Shown here: in pieces, positions 52,268 through 64,000 of the stretch
Numbering within the stretch: position 1 is the stretch's first letter
Layout of the letters: every line of letters starts with the position of its first letter
From: Octopus sinensis
Lineage: Eukaryota
Length of the DNA stretch: 64,000 nucleotides
Assembly (NCBI RefSeq): GCF_006345805.1
Contig: NC_042997.1
Span: 27,404,001 to 27,468,000 of the forward strand
Reading direction: 5' to 3'
Notes under the pieces: generated by a model
The model's database searches: none
What the model was told of the DNA's origin: nothing
What the model saw: only the letters and a program-made list of their open reading frames with translations
Translations under genes and position numbers: made by a program

Positions 52268-54679
52268 ATATATATATATATTGTTTTGAAGACATTCTCA
52301 TTTAAATATAATTGTTAATCATTTTTGCATAAACTTTCATGAAATTTTTTAATAAACCACTTTCCGAACGCAAAGTTTAATAAATATGATTTTGTATTTA
52401 TATACGAATTTTCAGTATTGTCATTTTGTATTACAGAAATCAAGAAGAGATTCATGCAAATAATGAATTTATTAGTGCGATAATTTTCTTTTTTTTTTTG
52501 GTAATATAAGTATACTCCAAGCATAAAAGTGTCTTTCGTTATTCATGTGTAAGTATTTCTATTAAGTTTTGATAATTAGTATATATATGAAAAAAAAAAA
52601 AAAAACGAACAGAAACGAGTGAAATGCATCACACTCAAACTCTATCACAATATACCCCCCGAGCCATGGAAGATGACCAGCTTCTGAAGAGTAAACCGAT
52701 TTAAAACGTCCTATCAAGGAAACTTTAGTGTAACTACATGTTTATATGTGCGTGTCTCTAAAAATCAGATTGGCGACTTGCATCAATTTAGAACTTATAG
52801 CAGAAAAAAAGTTAATCCAGCTACCAACGCTAATTTTCTTTCTAACGTTAAAAGTCTTTAATATATTTTAACAGCAAAACTGGAGGCATTTGCCTATTAA
52901 TTCTCGTTTCCCAGTTTGAAATTCAGTAGCTTGCATATTGCAGACATTTTTTCCGGTCAGAAAATTCCTTCGCAAGGCTGTTACAGCTGCTCTTTCGCCT
53001 TTCCAACATAAGCAGTGCGTGAACGATTTTGACGTACATTTATCAACTCTCACTACTCCTCCAAGTCCAGTATTTTGATAACGTCGTTTCTGTCACCTTT
53101 TACAAGAAATGTTTACCGAGTTAAACTCCTGCCAGTGTTTATTTCTAGACAATTCACTTTCTTATAACGATGACAGTATGACTGTTTTCCAGTTCCTTTC
53201 GTTGCTTTTGACAATGACAAGATTTCAAACAACCAAGACTCACCCTAGTATTACCAAGTTCGGTTTTCTTCATCTGCTGTTCCTGTCAAGTTTACAATTT
53301 CGCCACATATCTTTGCGTATAGCATAATTGTGAAGTTTTGCCCCCTGCATTAGAAGTCATTTCCCCTTTTCTCACGACCGGAAAATGGGAAAATCTGAAA
53401 TTTTTTCAGCTGCACGGCAACCTTTTCATCCCATATTCTTCAATTTTCTTCAGCTCTATTCCTCAGAAATTGCAAGTAGTAAGAATTTCTGGGTCGGAGT
53501 TTGGCACTTTGCACATTTTGTATCTCACCATTGACATGCTTCTTAAGTCAACGTCTGTCTATGTTTATGCAGTTGCACGTTTACGTTGCGATCACAATCT
53601 GCCAATTTTCACACAGAATCGTCTTCATTTCGCAACGTGTTTTAATTTGACGAATACTCGGCCAACGACATTTTGAATTAATAGCATTTTTTTTTTATTC
53701 CTGATACCAACAGATATTTTTCCTCCGTCAACGATGCCGCTAAAATTAATTCAACCAATTTATTTCAACACCCTTTTTCGTCGCTGTTTTGGACTCACTT
53801 ATCTGACTTCACATCGGAAGACTACGTGTAAAATCTTATGCATTGAAATATTCTAGACAATAAATTTAAAATTACAAAATCATTTACTTATTACCCACTA
53901 TTTGCTCTCATTACATTCTTATGTGCTTTCTTGATTTTGATGTTGTAAGAAATAACAGGAATTTCTAAAGACTTTATTAACATTTTTCAGCCATTAATAT
54001 GACCTTTTGGCTGTGTTTTCACATTTACTGTATTGTTCATTTTTATTTGACACATTTACTTCATGCTATTTGTTTGGCATGTACATTTTTGTTAATATTT
54101 GTAGTATATTTTTTTAATCCTGGCTATATCTTTTCTTCTGGTTTTCGTATATCACCCTCACGATTAATTCTCTGGTTAGTTATCTGTTTCTTTATTGCCC
54201 ACAAGGGGCTAAACATAGAGGGGACAAACAAGGACAGACAAATGAATTAAGTCGATTACAGTGCGTAACTGGTACTTAATTTATCGACCCCGAAAGGATG
54301 AAAGGCAAAGTCGACCTCGGCGGAATTTGAACTCAGAACGCAACGACAGATGCAATACCGCTAAGCATTTCGCCCGGTGTGCTAACGTTTCTGCCAGCTC
54401 GCCGCCTTCTCTGGTTAATTATCTGGAGATGTAGCGGAAGTATTATTGCTCTTGGACTTTAGCTGCCCAAATTGTGGCGTTTTATTTTTAACAACCCGTT
54501 TTGGTTCACCACGTGATGGTTGAATCTATTTAGTTTAACTTGGACCGTCCACCCCTCTAACGTAACGCTTGTGTTGAGGACAAAACATCTTGAGTAATCT
54601 AATCTGAGGTAAAATGCTACAACAGTTATATAGAGAGTACAAAATAAGAGTCTTAGACTGGTTAGATTCACGATATTAT

Positions 54680-54748
54680 TAAACAGATTTTTAAACAGAT
54701 ATATACTAAACAGATTTTTAAACAGATATATACTAAACAGATTTTTTA
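54680..54748. repeat. 27-nt tandem repeat, about 2.5 copies
   Basis: aaacagatttttaaacagatatatact repeated. Confidence 0.9.
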
Positions 54749-55780
54749 AAAATTCACGTGAATCAAACACATAAAATAATAAAAAAAAAGCGACAGTAGT
54801 AATGACATGATGGTAATATCTCGCAATCGCTAAACGGACTTTGTTCGTCAACTGATATGAACAATGGATTAAGGAATGCTACTTACAACGCCTATATAAC
54901 AGGAAGTACAAAATTACTTAAATCTAAAGGAGCTGATTATAAAAGTCGCATGTTTTATTTTTTCTACGCCAATCATTCTTCTGGTGTATTTGTAACAGAA
55001 GCATGATCGCTCTTGAACTTTAGCTGCCTACATTGTGGCTTTTTACTTTTAACTTCCCATTTTGGTTCAGATCCATTTAGTTTTACCTGCACCGTCCACC
55101 TGTGAACTTGATGTGAGAGCAGTTTGATTTCCCTTTGCAGTTTTCATCGCGAACAAAATTCAAACTAGAATCCTTGTCGTTATACTTTGCATTTGAATAG
55201 ACTTGTAGTCAGAAGTTTTGTGACGCTGTACTTCGGGGTTTTTGTAATTGTTATGTATTCTTTTTTTATGAGCATTTAAATCTATATAATATTTTGACAA
55301 TTATAATGTCCTACCATTTTATTGGATCTAATTTTAGCGATAATTATCAGTATTTAATAAGTATCATTGAATTTGTTTAACACAGGACATAATATATCTG
55401 ACATTAAACCACAATTCCTTCAACCACATACATATCTTATAGTTGAGTATTCTTTTACGTAAAAGCTCCATGTTCAAGCCAAAAGGCATTTTTCCTATTT
55501 TGTTAAATAAATGCATGCGCGCTTGTGTATTTGCGTGTAACTGTGTGTGTGATTGCATGCTTGTGAATGTATGTGTGCCTGCGTATGCGTGTGTGTGTGT
55601 GTCTGTGCATGCCTATGTGTGTGTGTGTGTGTGTGTGTCTGTGTATGTGTCTATGAGTGTGTGTGTGTGTGGTTGTATGGGTGTTTGTGCAATTTACTGT
55701 TCAATTTTTGGTGAGATCAGCAATAAGTTACTCCATGAGAGCCACTGCCTGGTACTGCATCAGGGCGTTTATTATTATTA

Positions 55781-55833
<53 letters not shown>

Positions 55834-57590
55834 TCCTCCAGGTATATTACTACCTCCAGGAGGTACTAATATATCAGGAAACTTTACCTACCTTTAGAAA
55901 CCCCCTTTCCCAATGCATAAAAGAGAATTGGAAAATATTCCTAGACGACTGATTTATACTCTGGAATGAAAACATAGATAAACTCCTAAAATTTAAAAGC
56001 CTATTGAACAGCGTCAAACCAAACATACAGTTCACAATGGAATACAACCAAAAGGAGCTTCCATTTTTAAATATACTAATTAAAAATTAAACCTAAAAAT
56101 AGAAACGGACATATTTTTACAAAACTACAGACGCCAAACAATATCTGCTTTTTGAGTCATCCTACCCAAGACACACCAAACCAAACACCCCATCAACCTT
56201 GCAAGAAGGATATGCACAATAGTGTCGGAACAAAATACCAGAATCTTTAGACTGCAAGAACTCAAAAACACCCTAATTGATAGACACTAACCAGTTCAAC
56301 TCATAAAGGATGGAATCAGACGTGCAACACAATTCGACATAGAAAAGTTCAACACAGCAACATACCTTCCCCAAAAATACTGCTGTACATATCCATATAA
56401 ACCCCAGAAACAAAGAAGCCTTCACCATCATCACCCAAAATTTACTAATGGACCCCAAATTGAAGGAAATTTTACACATACATAAAATCATTAAAAGCTA
56501 CAAAAAACCGAAATCACTAAAAAAGATCCTCACAGAGGCAAAATTATTTTCTAAAATAACGGATGCAAAGTGAAAAAATGTGGTAGACCAAATTGCGCAA
56601 CATGCCTAAACCTTCTAGAAGGATCAGAATTCCTCTTCAAAGAGGGAAAAAATTCAATATCAAATCTAATTTTACTTGTGCTTCAGAAAACCTGATTTAT
56701 GACGTAAGATGCTCGGGCTGCCACCAAAACTACATAGGGTCCACGGGATTATCGCTCAGACGCAGATGCATTCTGTATCGACAGCAGATTGCATTCCCAG
56801 AATATAGAATGATACCCTCTAGTGAACATATTGAGAAATGCGCAAAGCAACTACTACCACAATTTATAATCTTTCCATTCTATCAATATGCTTTGGAACA
56901 CCAACACAAGTTAGATTAATTAGGAAACTTCTTCATTGAAAAATATAAGCCAAAACTTGATCCATTTCTAACATTTCTACATAAGTAAACTCACCTCATT
57001 GAAAAAAATATAAAGCAAAACCTAACCACTTGTAACATTCTACTCCTTCTAAACTAAATCATATTAAATTGGTCATTTCCAACATGTTTGATTATCTCCC
57101 TTATCCCGGAAAACATTCCTGATTACCTTCCCGTGCCTGGAACTCCATATTTCACGATATAGTTCAAGAAGACATGACACGATATAGTTCAAGAAATTTG
57201 AAAAGAAAATACGAAACCGTTTATTTCTCAAAAAACTATGTTACTATATGCAAACTTTTATAACATTTGTCTAACATAACGATTTAAATATATTCTTTAA
57301 CCATATAGCACAACCCTTCTGTAATTTTTTCACTCCTTTTTGTCTTTTATACATCCAGCCACGTTCTTTCATATACCAAAACTCTCACCTCTATGTGTGT
57401 GTGGGTGTGTAGGTGTGTGGGTGTGTGGGTGTGTGTGTGTGTGTGTGTGGCCACGTGTGTATCGTTGCCGATTTTTTTCCTCTGTCTTCCCTTCCTTAGA
57501 TCTTACCTTTTCCTATGTTTCTGGCGAAGAGCTCCGCTCTAATCGTTAAATCCCCCTTCTTTCTTTCTTTTCTTGAGCATCCAATAACAC
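55834..57590 (+). mobile_element. Penelope-like element: RT C-terminus, GIY-YIG, then pLTR-like tail with a degenerate hammerhead (57517-57551)
   Basis: WKIFLDD, IQFTME, ELPFL, YKTTDAKQYL, LARRICTIVS, LIYDVRCSGCHQNYIGST. 57440-57590 is homologous to 30830-30975. Confidence 0.88.
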
Positions 57591-57604
57591 TATTGTTATA
57601 TATA

Positions 57605-57646
<42 letters not shown>

Positions 57647-57705
57647 TGAAAATATTGCTACAAACGTAAATATAGCAACAAAATCGTTAATGAATATTTA
57701 CTGAA

Positions 57706-58120
57706 TGTAGGTGTCTTCATTGTAATGCTCGATTACTTGGCAGCAAATGTCGAGTCGGCAGTTATATTATTATTATTTTTGACTTTGGCTGAAATGTTCC
57801 TTCGCGATGTGATATGCGTTCTTAATGATACTACCCTTTCCTGAGTTTGCTTATATATAATATGAATACAAAGCGGAATTATCACAGGTAAACAATGTTT
57901 TCTTTCAGCGAACGTAGAAGGAACGAAAATATTACGGAAATGCTTGTTTCCGTCGAAGTTGAGAATCCGGCGATAATCTATCACATATTGTAAATAACAA
58001 CATCTTGTGACCGACATAATTCTTGTAAAATGGGTTAAGAGGAACAGGACATTATAATAACCTGTTAACCCATATATTGCACGGGGGTGGTGTCTGTGGT
58101 CATGATTGATCCTCAGGTAC
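57706..58120 (-). pseudogene. Orphan IL-17-like promoter + exon 1 (unit D, MKTPT) with lost splice donor
   Basis: Minus strand aagtaatcgagcattacaATG AAG ACA CCT ACA followed by ttcagt instead of gtaagt. The upstream block 58000-58049 matches 26630-26679 (2 mismatches in the first ~42 nt). No minus-strand exon 2 seen between 51.4 and 57.7 kb. Confidence 0.75.
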
Positions 58121-58285
58121 CGGAAATAAAAAAATCTAAAAAAAACATTACACTTCTAAATTTAATTTCAATATTATTGTACATGTGTATTACTAGTAAA
58201 AGCAATTTTTTTATTTCACTTTTTGAATATTATATTTGAATAAGGCCCGTTCATATGAGCAGCGTTGCATGAAGAGAATATAATA

Positions 58286-58341
<56 letters not shown>

Positions 58342-58729
58342 ATTGATGATGATGATGATGATGATGATTATGATGATGTTGATGATGATGATGATGATGA
58401 TGTGATGATGAATAATAATAATAATTTATATTATTATTATTACTATTATTATTATAGATCAGTGCATCCTATCAAATGGACACTAACGTAAAATATATGA
58501 AGCACAGTCTGCCCGTTTGATAAGGGTACACAAGGCACATGCATCATAACCCAATATGCGTGACATGGTGATCTCATATCAAAAGAAACAGCGCATGAAC
58601 TTGCAAAGTGGCTTCGGTTAGAATTCTCTTCAGTTCGAGTAGCCGATCCAGACAAGTCTGTGGTATTAAGCAGAATATTTGCTGTAGCCCATCTTTTACA
58701 CCATCAAAAAATGTATACATGACAACAGT

Positions 58730-59098
58730 GGAGGCGCAATGGCCCAGTGGTTAGGGCAGCGGACTCGCGGTCATAGCATCGCGGTTTCGATTCCCAGACC
58801 GGGCGTTGTGAGTGTTTATTGAGCGAAAAACACCTAAAGCTCCACGAGGCTCCTACAGGGGATGGTGGTGATCCCTGCTGTACTCTTTCACCACAACTTC
58901 CTGTTTCTGTTGTACCTGTATTTCAAAGGGCCGGCCTTGTCACTCTCTGTGTCACGCTGAATATTCTCGAGAACTACGTTAAGGGTACACGTGTTTGTGG
59001 AGTGCTCGCCACTTACACGTTAATTTCACGAGCAGGCTGTTCCGTTGAATCGGATCTACCGGAACCCTCGTCGTCGTAACCGACGGAGTGCTTCCATC
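58730..59098 (+). mobile_element. tRNA-type SINE family D
   Basis: A-box tggcccagtggttagg and B-box ggtttcgattccc. Near-identical inverted copy at ~20272-20655. Confidence 0.88.
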
Positions 59099-59886
59099 CA
59101 CATGACAACACTTCCAATCAGTTAAGATCAGAAACCATGAGATCCAATACCTGGTATCGCATCAGAATATTTGTTGTTGTTGTTGCTGTTGTTCTTGTTG
59201 CTATGTTGTTTTCGTAATAGCCGTGGCGCTGCGATCAAGCTTGGGCACTAATATATTATTAAGTTTGAATATAGAGCGTCGTTTAAACGAATGTCTGTAA
59301 CGTAGCAATTAACCAAAACGTTTTGGGTCTAAGATGTTTTTCACCTTACGTTGCAGGGTATGTAGGAGATAATCACAAACAATTTGTATATTTGCATTTT
59401 ATGAACAATAACTTCTGGACATCCTTCTTTTATTCATAGTGTGAGTTAATATGTGTATGCTTAAAGATCAAAGATATAAGATACGAAAGACACAAAGAAT
59501 AATTCTAGGCTTGTGGTATATATTTTATTCAGTTAGTGAATCCAATTAAAATAGAGTACATATTTATATATCTTTTCTATATCTACTGTATTGCAAAAAT
59601 ATGAGGAAAAAAAAAAGAAATTGCGAAATTTCTTATACCTATACGAACATATATACTTCGAAAGAATATTATGAACGAATTAAAACGGAACTTTAATCGA
59701 TTGGCTAAATTAGTATTTTATAAAACTGAACCCTTCTTGGCAGGGAAAAAGTATGCATGTACGCATGTAAGCATGTATGTATGTGAGTATGCATCTGTTT
59801 GATTGTACAAAATTTCTAAGTGTGAGTATATATATATATATATATATATATATTCATACAAATACTGAAATATATGCATGGATGCG

Positions 59887-59917
<31 letters not shown>

Positions 59918-60371
59918 GGGTATGTGCGTATGAATGTGTGTAGGTATGCATGCGCGTGTATATATATGTAAGGCTCTATATGTTTATATGAATATGTACA
60001 CTCATTATAAAACTCACGATGCACAAAGACTTAAGCATTTTGTATTTATTACAAAAATAGACAGACTCAGTTGATTTATAAATGAAGTATACTTAATTAT
60101 ATTGTATTTATTATAAGTATTCTCAAGTCAGATTAATTACGAATTGTTCAATTTTAGGTTAAAATATATTCTATATTCGTTAGTTAATACATTTTACAAA
60201 TATATTTTTATAATTTATAAAATATGCAATTATATAAGATACAAAATGGTATATGAGTTTTAAGCAATATATGTTGAAATTATAATAACTATGTGGTGGT
60301 CGAGTTAATCTTTCATAAAATATTGAATAACGTCTGGATTACATATTTATACATCGATATTCTATCCATTC

Positions 60372-60899
60372 TTACGATTCGTAATCATCATCGCCGTCAA
60401 CATTTCGTGTGTCGGCTTTTCGTGCGCATGCACAAGCTGTGGCTACTTCAATCACTTTTGGTTTATACACGTACAGTCCATCAACACATTCATCGGTACG
60501 TTTAAGGACAGTCATTGGAGTATATACCATCACACATTCGTGGTTGTTGTCTGAATCGAAGCAGCCGTTACAGCGACACACGGCTTCGGTGCGGGATGGA
60601 GGGAAAACTGTTGAATCATGGGTAATGTTCAGGTACCAAGGGCAGGTTGAACGTTCACGGATGATATCGCTGGATGAAGGAGACGTTGGGCAAGTTTTAT
60701 CCCCGTCTGTCTGGGAGTTCTGCTTACTTCCGGCCGGAGCTCTTTCAACTGGTAGAAGAAAGTTATTGCCAATAGCTGCACGGGACACTCTCTGGTACTG
60801 AACCTTCAGATTGGCTGGTATTTTACACTGGTCTGGAATTGATGCTGATGATACAAGAAAGGCGATGTTGAATAGAAATATGATAATGCTGGAGAGGAC
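60372..60899 (-). CDS. IL17: IL-17-like cytokine gene E, exon 2 (175 aa; exon 1 not found in the window)
   Basis: tttttctctgacag|GTC CTC TCC AGC acceptor. Frame open from 60899: VLSSIIIFLFNIAFLVSSASIPDQCKIP...RSTCPWYLN...CRCNGC...ATACAC...DDDYES*. Confidence 0.92.
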   Translation of the reverse strand, partial: VLSSIIIFLFNIAFLVSSASIPDQCKIPANLKVQYQRVSRAAIGNNFLLPVERAPAGSKQNSQTDGDKTCPTSPSSSDIIRERSTCPWYLNITHDSTVFPPSRTEAVCRCNGCFDSDNNHECVMVYTPMTVLKRTDECVDGLYVYKPKVIEVATACACARKADTRNVDGDDDYES

Positions 60900-62009
60900 C
60901 TGTCAGAGAAAAATATATCTTTGTCAAGGTTACTTTCGATTTGAGACATTTATCAGCTTAATCAAAGAATTCATTTATTTTCGACGCATATATAAATGTA
61001 TGACGAAATATTTTACGGAACTCTATTACTGAAAGTTGAATGAGTGACAAATACCAAAGTGATACGCGAAAACACAAATATAAACAAAAAAAAAGAAAAA
61101 TAGGAAAAAAAGAAAATAGGTGCAGGAGTGGCTGCTTGGTAAGTAGCTTGCTAACCAACCACATGTTTCCGGGTTCAGTCCCACTGCGTGGCATCTTGGG
61201 CAAGTGTCTTCTGCTATAGCCCCGGTCCGACCAATGCCTTGTGAGTGGATTTGGTAGACGGAAACTGAAAGAAGCCTGTCGTATATATGTATATATATAT
61301 AAGTGTGTGTGAATATGTTTGTGTGTCTGTGTTTGTTCCCCTAGCATTGCTTGACAACCGATGCTGGTGTGTTTACGTCCCCGTCACTTAGCGGTTCGGC
61401 AAAAGAGACCGATAGAATAAGTGCTGGGCTTACAAAGAATAAGTCCCGGGGTCGATTTGCTCGACTAAAAGGCGGTGCTCCAGCATGGCCGCAGTCAAAT
61501 GACTGAAACAAGTAAAAAAAGAGAAAAAGAGAGTAAAATCAAAAATCTCAAAATTTTGCTTGTAAAACATCTCAATTATTAAGATTTTCAATAGTGGTCG
61601 ATATAAAGGGTCTCAGTCAAGTAAAAAGGAAGTGAAAGAACGGAAAGGGGATTATGCATATATACATATATACTTATATACCAGGGTTAGCCCGTAAATA
61701 CAAAACAAGGTGGAAAAATAGTACTCGAATACCGGAGGTAGAGTAATATGATTTATTAATAAAGTATATATATATATATATATATATATATTAGTAAAAA
61801 CGATAAGATAACAAAAGAAAGAAAGAGACCCCGATATTATGTAAATAGAGGAAATGTTTACTATGAACTTTTAATCTTAATTTATATAAGTAGCGGAATT
61901 ATAACACAATAATTTCCCATTATATAACCGAAGAGATGGTGTTGTGGTTTTCCACTTCGGCATCTGAAACTCAGAGTTTTATCTTGACTATCGAATTATT
62001 GTAACATAT

Positions 62010-62070
<61 letters not shown>

Positions 62071-62148
62071 CATACATATATACACACACACATATATACA
62101 TATGAGAGAAAAAATGGGGTACGAACAAAGAGAATAGAAACATATATA

Positions 62149-62547
62149 TCTTCTTTATATATAAAAGTGAAGTTGTGTGTCTGTCTCCTACGATTTAGAT
62201 TCCTAACTACTTCCACATTTTGCGGTGCAATTTAACCAAAACCGGGTATCTTATAGTCGTGATTCATATCGAGCCCTTCTGGGTATTAGCGCGCGTCTAC
62301 GATGAGTCTACGATTTAAAAAAATATTACCATCATTTTTTTCATTTTAATGCATTTTTTCGCTATTATATAAGGGAAGTAACTCTCTAAAAATGTCTACG
62401 ATGAGTCAACGATTTAAAAAAAATTTACCATCATTTTTTCTCCATTTTCAATGCATTTTTTTGCTATTTTTTTCGCTATAACTCTCTAAAAATGCTTATA
62501 TAGTTATTTCCTTTACAAACCCGAGCAACGCTGGCCGATACTGCTAG
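62149..62547 (+). mobile_element. Non-autonomous Helitron-like element with an internal duplication
   Basis: 5' TC, 3' GC-rich subterminal segment then CTAG|T. Internal repeat tctacgatgagtc...aatgcattttt at ~62296 and ~62395. Confidence 0.55.
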
Positions 62548-64000
62548 TGAGTTTATAAAGAAACAACTGGCGCGTGTTAAAAAGCGTCACTCGATATGAG
62601 GAAGTTTTAATTTTGTCATAGTGGACTACATCGTTTTGGAATCCATACTTTGTTAGTTACCTAATAAATTATTGGGTATGTGGAGAATATAATTTAGTCT
62701 GTTTACATAGTCTCTTTTCATAGTCTCTTATAGTCACAAAATTATATTCATATTTAGGGTATTTGAAAATCTCTGACGAAGAAACAATGGAACGAAATCG
62801 TAGTCACAGCCAATTTTAAACTTGACATTTATGTTGCGTATTATTTACTAGATACTGACTATTGAATAAACATTTAATATTTAATATGTGTGTCTGACAA
62901 AATATGTGGTGTGCGCGTATTGACCATTATTTATGATTTGTCTTATACGAACACACACACAACCACATGGACGCGCGCATGCATACACACACTCACACAC
63001 ACGCACACACATACGCATATATATGTACAGGGCCATATGCCATGCGCCCCTAACACAGTTCACTTCCACAGTGCATACATTCAATACAATATTACTTCTT
63101 CTCGACAACAGGTCTTGCTGTATTTAACATTAATCCCAAAACGAACCAAACAGAAAAAAGATCCTATCACATGCAAATCAAAGCTGTACAAATTTCTTGA
63201 AGGGATACCTATTTCTTTACTACCCACAAGGGATTAAAAGCAGAGAGGGCAAACAAGGACAGACAAACGAATTAAGTCGATTATATCGACCCCAGTGCGT
63301 AACTGGTACTTATTTAATCGACCCCGAAAGGATAAAAGGCAAAGACTACCTCGGCGAAATGTGAACTCAGAACGTAGCGGCAGACGAAATACTGCTAAGC
63401 ATTTCACCCGGCGTGCTAACGTTTCTGCCAGCTCACCGCTTTCAAGTGATACCAGGTAAGCTACATCCTAACTGAATACATACATATTAGTCAACAGCAA
63501 AACCCAATTTACAAAGGGCTTTATATCCAAAATCGTTACTTAAAAATGATTTTATCCGGTAGTGCTTAGAAATTAGATATGGTCTGAGCCAATATTTAGC
63601 TTAATCATATCTAAGTTATCTCAGTTATCTCAGTTATCTTTATTTATTTTTACAAGCACAATTACCATACCAATATACTTTTATATATGCACATATGAGT
63701 GTACGCATTTTTTTTTTTTAGAATACTGTACTGAATCCAAGTTTTTGTACTTCGGTCAGCCAAGGTGAATATGGTTTCAAGCCAGACTCTTACACTTTTC
63801 TGTGATGTGAAAGCAATGATTATATATTGCGTTGCATGTCCTTGTAAAGAGTGAAAGCGTTCAAAACTGTATTATTGATTATCTTTGGCAGATGGTTGCT
63901 CATTTATACTCAACTGCGATTCTAGATAAATTGGAACTGTGATTAACAACACTTTGAGTAGAAAATTCCCATTAGCATCGAAAACTAATCAACAGGTAAG

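Noticed and set aside
58730-58805. tRNA-like cloverleaf with A and B boxes (also 5951, 7259, 20655, 39226)
   Set aside because: These are SINE heads continuing into family body sequence, with no intact acceptor stem or Pol III terminator; not called as tRNA genes.
62768-62810. CTGACGA...GAAA..GTC hammerhead-like string (similar strings at ~49198-49228, ~31475-31512 minus, ~30060-30105)
   Set aside because: Helices I and II cannot be formed convincingly; too degenerate to call.
60900-64000. Search for exon 1 of gene E
   Set aside because: No ttacaATG+12 nt+GTAAGT match on the minus strand; presumed beyond the window, not evidence of pseudogenisation.

Overview
AT-rich, microsatellite-dense animal genomic DNA; the IL-17 array and SINE content suggest an octopus (inference). 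The window holds part of a tandem IL-17-like cytokine cluster. Each gene has a 15-nt first coding exon (ATG + 4 codons, GTAAGT donor) and one large exon 2 encoding the rest of the signal peptide and the cystine knot. Units found: intact gene A (- strand, 11435-11421 + 9603-9088); pseudogene B (+, 26961-26975 + 36691-~36985); intact gene C (+, 39150-39164 + 50785-51315); an orphan promoter/exon 1, unit D (-, ~57706-58120); and exon 2 of gene E (-, 60899-60372; exon 1 not found, probably outside the window). Paralogue comparison by eye shows a conserved promoter module (GCATTTCCG, kappaB-like site, TATA) and a conserved bulged stem-loop just after the stop codons. The rest is transposon debris: Ty3/Gypsy with a 3' LTR, Tc1, two inverted mariner copies, a maT-like transposase, CR1, RTE, Penelope-like fragments, possible Helitrons and four tRNA-type SINE families. 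The most unusual non-coding signal is a set of hammerhead-ribozyme motifs. These include a 355-nt tandem/inverted repeat (17.6-18.9 kb) whose two damaged hammerheads give a canonical type I consensus, as expected of a retrozyme or Penelope pLTR. Most ORFs in the supplied track are microsatellite or SINE artefacts. All alignments were done by eye; transposon and SINE boundaries are approximate.
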